Shown here: positions 53,148 to 64,000 of the stretch, one piece after another
Layout: every line of letters begins with the position of its first letter
Numbering within the stretch: the stretch's first letter is position 1
Origin: Paramecium tetraurelia
Lineage: Eukaryota
Direction: 5' to 3'
Assembly: GCA_000165425.1 (NCBI GenBank)
Contig: CT868061.1
Location: 62,001 to 126,000, forward strand
Length of the DNA stretch: 64,000 nt
The notes under the pieces: model-generated
What the model was told of the DNA's origin: nothing
Databases searched by the model: none
Seen by the model: the letters and a program-made list of their open reading frames with translations, nothing else
Program-made: the position numbers and the translations under genes

Positions 53148-54787
53148 AAAATTTAATATATATTTCAGCCGCCAATATATTCCCGGTTATTAAATTCAAA
53201 TTTAGAAGAATTTGCCCAATCAAATACAGCAAACTGTTTTGAATATATTCTATTCTGGTTTATTAATGCAACATAGTCCTATATGTCGAAGTTCTCAAAC
53301 TATGGATAATTATTCTATTCGCAAGCGTTTTACCAAATATAAATATATATATTATAATATATATTTATAATTCTTTTAAGTTAATTAAATCAAAATCATA
53401 AATAACAAAATAGATAAATCATTTTTAGGCATATTAAAATGTACTTTACACTCTATTATGATCAGATCTAAATTTTTTATTATTTGCAAAATCCTCTTCC
53501 TCTTTTTCAGATCCATTGCTCTATTAATCATCTAATTGTTAACTTGATCTCCTAATGTTGAGAACCTAAAAAAGAAAAAATATAGGATGGAATGATACAT
53601 TTGGATTTTTAGTTGGTATACCCATCATGGGATCCTATTTGTTAGGAACTTTTATGGACTTTTTGAAATTGAATTGATTTAACACTTTTAACTTGGTTAC
53701 AAATGCAAAGAATTCTTAAAGAAGTGTATTATTGATTTAACACTAAGGAGGAGGCTATGTTATAGATTAAGTAAATTAATGAAATTGATTCAGATGTTCA
53801 TAATGTCTCTAACTTTCACAATAAATCTCATAAAGACTTAAAGTATCGCTATTAGGAAGAGTAGCGTATTAATCAATGATTTTTTCAATTTCAGTACAAA
53901 TAAACTTTTGAAATCTCCAAACATCAAAATACAATGCTACTTATATATCTATTAAATTTGGATTAAATTAAATCAATATCGATCCTGAGTTTATCAGATT
54001 TTGTATTTTATAATGCCATAAGAATATAAGTTTTGCTTCAATATAATCTTTTTCTGTTATATAAGGGTAATTTAATTTGATAACTGACCTATAAAGATCT
54101 ACATTTGCAGCCAACTTTTATAAATAGACGTAACACAATTAAGCGTAGATTCTAGCTGGTTAAGCTTTATCCTCAAATTCAGTCAAAATCTTTTAAGTTT
54201 ACTAATTCTTCTATTAGTCAGGCTCTGTTTATGTAGAATACCATTCCTGTTTTTCTAATTACACCCAAGACATTTTTGTTTCTCTTAACTTGATTGCCAC
54301 TTCTTAAATTAATTCATTATATTAAAATTGTTAATGTATAGCTGCCAATAAGTTTACTACTTGAACACCTGAAAGATCTTTAGACCTAGTTTCTAAGAAT
54401 TAAAAGAGAAATTCAATATGTTCTCCAACTAAATTAATTATCATTTACCATCTCTATCTAGTAAAAATTATGCCAAGACTTGGCCCTTTTGCTTCAGATC
54501 CAACTTGCCATTAGAATTAATTATTTAAGTCAATATCTCTTGTAATTGTTGGTTAATAGGAGTGCTTGATGCTTGCGTTGTTTGACTTGAACTAAAAATG
54601 GATGTAAATCTAGATAATAATGACATTATATAATAATTATTTTAAGAACACATGCTTTGATGAAATATTTTGATGTTTACAACTTTAATAGATTTACAGT
54701 ATGAATAGTTAAGATGTATATGGGATTATGATATAATAGACAAACATAAACTGCTTTTATATGTATTTAATGTAATATTGTATTGTA

Positions 54788-55422
54788 TCAATAGACATTT
54801 CCTTCGAAGGTTTATTTGAACCATTCTACTGCTTCTTTTTTAGTTACTCTTTATTATGTGCCTAATTTTGAGTTTCTTGACTTTCTTTGAGCAACTCTGA
54901 GTCCTGGTCTAGACAAGACTACGTAGAAATCCATACCGAAGATACCTATTGGTTGTATATAAATAGAATACCTGTGTATGGATCATATTTTAATCCCAAA
55001 TCGATGTGTTCTTGAATACCAAATCCGAAGTTTCCTGAATCAGAGAAGTTTCTCTTCTTCAATTCCATTTCCTTAACTCTCAATCCTCTTACAAGGATAT
55101 CTCTTGCTTAATCGCCTCTGATGGTGCAAAAGACGGAGATCTTCTCATTTCTTCTGATACCAAATGATCTCACGGTATATCTTGCTTTGCCAAAAACAGG
55201 CTTTTATCCTGTAAGGTCTTCCAAGACTTTAGCAGCCTTAGTCAATTTATCGCCTGATTCACCAGCACAAATATGAACCATCAATTTTTCAATTCTAACT
55301 TTTCTCATCACATTCTCTTTAGTTTCTTATGGTTTAGCAACTTTTGCTTATGCTGCTGGCTATTATTTAGCATCTGTTTTAGGTTATGCTGCTTTTCCAC
55401 CCTTTTAAGCTTATTAAGACAT
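54788..55422 (-). CDS. RPL11: 60S ribosomal protein L11 (uL5)
   Basis: [73 protein letters not shown]; intron 54946-54971. Confidence 0.98.
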
Positions 55423-55548
55423 CCTATTTCCTCAAATTAAAATAAAAAAAAAATCTTTATATTTGAAATATAATCAGAACGAAGATATTAAATATAATAA
55501 ATAATTTCTTAATATTATATATGTACTATTCTTTATACTGGAATAGTA

Positions 55549-56447
55549 TCATTCTTGTTAGACTTAATATTATTCTTTGTCGACTTCTTCCTTGCTTAAT
55601 AAGATTAAGAGCAGTTTAATCTTCAGCTTAACCTTTTCTTCTGACTTAGGCTGTCTTTGTTCTGTTGGAATCATCATAAAATTCTCTCAATTTTTAAGCT
55701 AGAGTTTATTAATTAAACATATATACCATCAACCTTGGGTCTCTTGACTAACTTGACTTTTCTCAATGTAATGTTTTACAATGGGAAAATGGTTCTGGTG
55801 GCCTTTCCAATTTCCTTGGCAAGAGACTCTTGATTGAAGAAACCAAGCAATTAGGTAATTGATTTTTTGGAGACTTCCTTAAGGACGATTTCGACGATCT
55901 TCTTTCTGATGTCTTTGATTTGGCTTCTTTGAGCATATGTTGTTTTTCTTTATTGGTTTTTGATTGACTTTGTAAATGCAATAACAAAGATTCTGAGGAT
56001 GTATCCATCTTGAGATCTGGCTTCAACTTAAGTCTAAAGAATGAGATACTAAAATACTTCAATCAAAGTTTATCGCTTTTTAATCATACCGAAGATCTTG
56101 TCCTTTGTTGAATCAAGACCATAGAAGGATGTTCTGCATCTTGTGCCTTCGACGTCGTCAATAATCAATTTCACTTTTCTCCATGCCATCTAATCTGATT
56201 GTCCTTGAAGGTCAGCCAAAGATGCTTCGACGACTCTTCCTTTAATGGCTTCGGTGGCCACAACTAAAAACTTTAATTATAATCAGGTACCTGTTCCTGC
56301 AGATTTATTAATGCAAGTATAGCCAAATCCACCAGCAGCGAAGGGTACTGGTGCTGTTAATTCAAACCACTCCTTTCTAGCTAATGGGTCGATTGTCTTC
56401 TTTTATCCCTTCTTCTTTCCTAATTTCTTATTCTTTCCTTGAGTCAT
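55549..56447 (-). CDS. RPS3A: 40S ribosomal protein S3a (eS1)
   Basis: MTQGKNKKL..DPLARKEWF..KGRVVEASLADL..RKVKL..DGYILRIF..TIFPLQNITLRKVKLVKRPK; three tiny introns (~56263-56290, 56034-56057, ~55699-55726). Confidence 0.97.
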
Positions 56448-59433
56448 GCAAAAAGATTTTGATTTTTTTTAATTTTTTCAAAAAATTTATTATCTCTCTC
56501 ATCTGAGTCCTTAAATAAATATAAATTATTTATATATTATCAAACAAGATAGTCCTCCACTCAGATTAGCATTACTTAATTCCATAAAATATGAAATACC
56601 CAAAAGATAGATGGCTTTTTATGGAAACTTAATAATAATGAGCTAATTTATCTCAAATTTCTATTCAAAACTGAAGAAAAGAAAAGAAAAATATTTATAT
56701 CAAGTAATTTGAAAAAGGTATAAATTTTCAGAGAACAGAGTTATTAAATTTTCTTAACTTTAAGGAACAATAATCATCAAATCTATAAATAAATAGGTCG
56801 TTAGATAATTCTAGATGTACTAAGGATTCAAAATTTAGTAAATCAAACTAATAAATTCATTTATATTCAAAATTTTAGTCCATCTATTTTTTTTTAAATT
56901 CTTAAACTTTAGTCTGGCTAGTATAGGCCTCAAATCTATATCACTAAGTTGAGTAATGTTGCATAATTGATATCATTGCTAAGATCTTAACTTAATAGCT
57001 AGAAAACAGTCAAATGTTGAAAACTAATCATAATATAAAGCTGAAATAAACAACTTTAGGAGAAATTTAGTTATAAAAATAGAACCACATATTTTAACCT
57101 AACTTGTTACATTAAAAATGACATAAATTTAAAATTTTATGAAACTAGTGATATACAACCTTACAATAAACTTATAAAAGGTTGTTTAGGGATAGAACTA
57201 CTCAAACTCTCAAAATTCTTATATCCTAATCATTGCTAAATTATTAATAAGGATATGAAATATCAAATGCTCCATAAATTAGTTAAATAGAAAAGAGGTA
57301 CAACTAAAGGGAGAAATAAATACATAGAAATGCTTAAAGAAAAATAGACCATTAATAAATATAACAATAAACAAATAAATGTAATGTAGTTGTAAAGTTT
57401 ATATCTAAATAAATTAATCATTTTTTTGAGCTTATTATATTTATTTAACTCTTTAGATAAATGTATCTATCAAAAATAACAAAAAGAATTGACGTTTATC
57501 ATTAACAATTTCAAAAATATCCAAGTTAATTTATAGTTTTTAGTTCAATTGCCATTAATTCGAAGTATAATTTACTTCATTTTATCTATTTTAAATTACG
57601 GGCTTCCAAATAGTTCTTTTTAATATTTATTATTTGATAGTTTTTAAATCTTAAAAAATCATAATTATTTTATTTTATCCAATATTTAAAAATAGTATAA
57701 TCTTATTAATACATCCATATCAATAGTATTGTATCGAGTAATGGCAATTAATTAAACTTATTTTACTCATTAAATTAATTCAAGTTTAGCTGTAGATCAT
57801 AAAGGATCTTATTGGATAGTATTCCATTTGAAATAAGGATACTGAAAAACCTTTTAGAAATTCAGATTACAGTTTCCTTCAAAGTCATCAAAATTATTGA
57901 AATATTGTGAAAATTACAGACAACAGATTAGCTTAGAGTTATAATAGATGGATTAGGTACTTTTCGTACTCTAGGGTGTGACAATTAATAATAGAAGCCA
58001 AATTGATTACATAGAACACCAAGAAACAAATTAAAGGTCCCATATAATAACAAGTTGATTAATGACATTATATTAAAAATAATCAATATATTTTATTAAT
58101 AATGATGAATGTTTTACATGCATGAACCATGATTGCAAAATATTACAATGATAGGCCTGATATTATTCTATTGACTTTTTATTCAATATTGTTAAATGTG
58201 AAACTAAGTCAAACTCATTTTTGTCAACATAATAGTCCTAAAGAGAGAAACCTCCACAATAGTGAATTATGCTACTATTACATTAATTTGCTATTGATAA
58301 TTGAATTTTGCAGCCCAGAATATATATGTTACCTAAAAAAAGTATTATTTAGATTAATCATAACTTCAAACCATAATATTTTAATAATATAAATCAATAA
58401 TTGCGAAAGAAGACCATTTCAAATGATCTATGCAAACAAAATGCTAATAAATTAATTATCCTGTTACTAGTTCGAATTGTGAAGAGAATCGCTACCTTAA
58501 ATAAAAGAATATTGATTGGATAATAATTTTAAAATGTATACAAAAAGGCCAAATTTTTATGAATATAAATCAGATATAAAATACTTTATGATAATTTGTA
58601 TAAAATTTTATCATTATTCATTAATAAACAGTTCTATAATTTTTACATTATTCTCCACTTTCCTTACTGTGATTGAAATTTTTACTTATTGGGTTTTTAT
58701 CCAATTTTCTATTGCAAAATCAGTGATGAATTTTTATAGATTATAATAAATGTCAAAGATTAGGAACTTTCATGATTTAATTCAACAATAGTTTTTTACA
58801 TTCTAAAAACAGGAAAAACTATTATTCAGAAGATAAAACAATATTTATAGTAATTAGGAAAGAGCACAGTTAGTTGGAGCATATTTGGAGCATTTTCTGA
58901 GTCTTAGATAATTATCTGCCTTCTTACCATAATATTTGGTTCAGAGTAATTGATAGATACTTGTTCAATAAATGTTTAACAAATACACTTATATTGTATA
59001 ATCACATAAGTGTGACTGATATTGTAGATAATAATAAATGTCGAAAGAATATAGATTGATTCTAAAACCATTAAGAAACCTAATCTAAAAATCCTAATGA
59101 AAACAAGACATCAATGTTATGGTTTGTCACTTGATTAATTTAGATAATCTTTTGATAGGCTCTGTTATTTTTATTACATTCAGTTCAATTTAGAGGTAGT
59201 GCTGAGATGAAGAAAACGATTTTCTAAAATTTTTATCATTTCAAGTGAATTTTTTATCATAAAATAATAAGAGCAATCTACAAAACAATTGTATTATTGA
59301 TTTAGGAAATATTTAAACTAAAAATAAATCTTATGAATAACTTGATTTGTTTTCTATTTTAAATATTTAAGTATTATGACTATTTATTGAATTTATCAAT
59401 TATTTTAGATTTTATTTTATTAATAATTAATTT

Positions 59434-60925
<1,492 letters not shown>

Positions 60926-61043
60926 ATTAATATTTATCTATGTTAAATATAACAAATGTCTATCAATTTATCAAATGATTCTTGCACTCTTCAGGGAGAA
61001 TACTATGCAAATATTAATATCATTTAATTATAACATATATGAA

Positions 61044-62898
61044 TCACAAATCTTCCTTCTTTACAAAACTGCTGTTCTCTTCTATAAACTTAGCTAAGGC
61101 TTCAGCAGTTCTTGCTGATTAATACTTTATTTGTTCTGGTTTATCTTGTCCTTTCTTAAAGAATATCAATGTAGGGAATCCCTTGATTTCAACAGCACTA
61201 GTTTAGTGAGCAGTCCAATCCATTTCAGCAATAAGTACATTCTAATTATCTTTCAAATTTTATGCAAGTTCTTTGTAAGATTCTGCCATAGCCTTGCAAT
61301 GTCCACACCAAGGAGCAAAGAACTTTACTAATACATCTTGTTTGCTATTCAAAACTACATGATCAAAATTTTCATTTGTCAATTAAATAACTGTACCCTC
61401 ATTCTTTATTTCACTGAATTAAGGCTACTGCTTTTCGGCACTCTCAACTTTACCCAAATTTCTTTCTAAGAAAGACTTCATTCCTTAGTATGACCTATCT
61501 CCCTCATACTCTTTTCTTGTCTTAGTGTCACCTTCTTATTTGAATAGATATAAAGTAGGATATCCTTCAATAGGAATGTCATCAAATTGATTTGCTGTGT
61601 GATCTACTTCAGCGATTACAATATCATCTCTATTTAACTCTTAAGCCAATTTCTCAAAGGTGGGTGCCAATGATTAACAATGGCCACACCATGGAGCATA
61701 GAATTTAACAAATACGTGTCTATGATTATCAAATACTTATTCTTTGAAATTCTCTGTTGTCAACTTATGCACTTAACCGTCACCTTTTATTAATTTAGCT
61801 AGTCTCTCTGCTTCTCTTTTTGGTGCTGTTACTTCCTCTATTAATGATTCAACAGCCTTCTTTAATACCCCAACTGAATTATCATTAAATGTTGTTGTAG
61901 TTGTTTTCTTTGTTCTACATGATAACATAATAGATTTACTCGTAATCATAGTAATAGATAGTATTCTCAGCAACTGGACTTTATTTAATCAAATATTCAA
62001 ATCTTCTGTTACTTAACTCTAGTGATGGGTCTATTATCACAAATCTAGTTGAATTAACATATGATTCAGCAAGGTATTTAAATCTTTTGTGAAGAACTCC
62101 ATTTTTCTATCCTGCAATACCAACCAAAGGAATCTTATCATTTTCTACCTTCATGAATTCCTCCTCATTCAAAGAGAATACAAGGGGATATCCTTTAGTT
62201 GAAATGAATTCTGATAACCCATCAATGTCACCATTATAATGAATTGGCTTCTCAATATCTTTATTTATCAATGTGTATTTATGAGGGTAATTTTATCGTA
62301 ATTCATTATTCTCTACTATTCCAAATTTGACTTAAATATGATCCAAACTCACATTTGATAATTCATCTTAATCATTTACATATTTAAGAACTGCAATATT
62401 TGATCTTTTCAAGAACAAATCAATCTAAGTTAATAGTAAATTTCTGAAGATACCTCTTCTTAAGTATATAATTTTGTAATTGGTCCATACGCATGTTATA
62501 GAGCAAATTCAAATAAAATTTCCAAAGAATCAGAAGAATTTGGAAAATCATATGAGACTCCATTTCTAAACAGTTTCAATGTTGGATAAGCCTTAGCATC
62601 ATGTTTAGCTGCCAATGATTTACTTTCTTGAGCATTGACTTCTCCTAATACAAATCCATATTCCTTCAATCTTTAAGCCAATTGAATGAATACAGGCTTC
62701 ATTTTTTAGCTTAAGTTCAATTGATATTCAATACCAGTATCCACAAGAATCAATATAAAATTTGACCAATAATCTAGGATGCTCATCCAAAGCCTATTAG
62801 AAGTTTCTACGACTTAATTGTAATATTCCATCAACTTCTGGAATTTGTTCTGTTGAAATAATGGCGAATGTCAGAGCTAGTAGTAAGATGAATTTCAT
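61044..62898 (-). CDS. Protein disulfide isomerase family member with three thioredoxin active sites
   Basis: Signal peptide MKFILLLALTFA. CGYC (split by an intron), FYAPWCGHC and FFAPWCGHC. C-terminal KEDL, then TGA 61044-61046. Confidence 0.93.
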
Positions 62899-63024
62899 GA
62901 TTATTTTTTTAAATAGAAATCTCTTGCGTGTATTTTGCAGTTAAAATGAAGAATTTTCTAGATTTCTTTATAAAATTTATAAATAATTTTTATATTTATT
63001 AAATACAAAATTATCCTAATTTAT

Positions 63025-64000
63025 TCAAATTTTGAATTAGAGTGATCCTTTATTATCGACATTCTATTTTTATTTTTGCTCCTCTTAATCTATTAAATAG
63101 AACAGAATTAGATACTTCTTTTTAATTTTGGCTGAATTTGATACATTTTAATTTGATGACTATGAGGAACATCATCCTCTTCATTAACATTGTATTCATT
63201 TTCTTCTAGGATGCATTCTTATTTTTTAATTTTTAATGATTAACTCTATTATCTTGAAGTAGACGTAAGTTAATCTTCTTTTTATTGATCAGTTGTATTC
63301 GACTTGCTCCTCATTTAAGGTGTAACACTTAGAGGTGTGGAAGTGATAGATTAATTTAACTCTTATCCCATTAATGGTGTTTTGGCATACAGTTCAGAGT
63401 TCTTTTTGTGTTTAGGGTATGTGTCAGCTCTTCAAAATATAAGCATAATTTACAAGATTAATTTATGATCTCCTTACTTTTAAAACCATGGATGTTGGAG
63501 AGCAAGTTCAGAACTGATTCTCAAATCTGGATTCTTTTCGAGCAATGAAGTCAAGAGATGAACAGCCTCTTCACTTAGGGGTTGATTTTTAATTAAACTG
63601 AATTCGATCTAACAATGATAGTTTTTCATCACTATTTCATCATATGACTAGGCTTTGAATGGAGATTGACCAGTCAACATGATGAACATCAGCACTCCTG
63701 CACTAAAGATATCTATCTTATAATCATAGATTTTATCCTAAAGCAATTCAGGAGCTACATAACCAGGAGTTCCGCAACGCTTAAACATATAATCTCCTTC
63801 TTAATTATAGAAATCAGCAAGACCAAAATCTGCAATCACCACATCAGCCATGTCTCTTTTTGATCTGAGTATCAAATTCTCTGGCTAGATAATTATCACT
63901 TTTCTTAACCTTTATGTCTCTATGCAGAACACCAACTGAGTGGATGTAATCAATAGATTGCAAAATTCTAAACATTATATGAGCAACAGTTTTCTCATCA
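63025..64000 (-). CDS. Ser/Thr protein kinase, CAMK-like, 3' part; 5' end lies outside the window
   Basis: VLHRDIK|PEN, IADFGLA, CGTPGYVAPE, IDIFSAGV, LLEKNPDLRIS..ALQHPWF; probable TGA 63025-63027. Confidence 0.93.

Overview
AT-rich, very gene-dense eukaryotic DNA typical of a ciliate macronuclear chromosome, most likely Paramecium. TAA/TAG read as Gln and only TGA terminates. Introns are GT..AG and about 20-30 nt, and intergenic gaps are often under 50 bp. The supplied ORF track uses the wrong code and fragments nearly every gene. Re-reading with code 6 gives about 27 genes. They include the 3' half of a four-domain cation channel, a PP2C, a Ulp1/SENP protease, a large Virilizer/VIRMA-like protein, a TPR protein and a 1,469-aa type I membrane protein. 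Also present are WD40 proteins, beta-adaptin, a tandem CCDC42/CFAP73-like pair, RPL11, RPS3A, MetAP2, a three-active-site PDI and a CAMK-like kinase. The most notable structure is a head-to-tail array of three ~1,600-aa multi-TM PAS proteins (TmcB/C-like). They are diverged overall but share a nucleotide-homogenised tract with a mosaic pattern. A 50%-GC segment and a 1-nt frameshift interrupt beta-adaptin. All translations and comparisons were done by eye and no searches were run.
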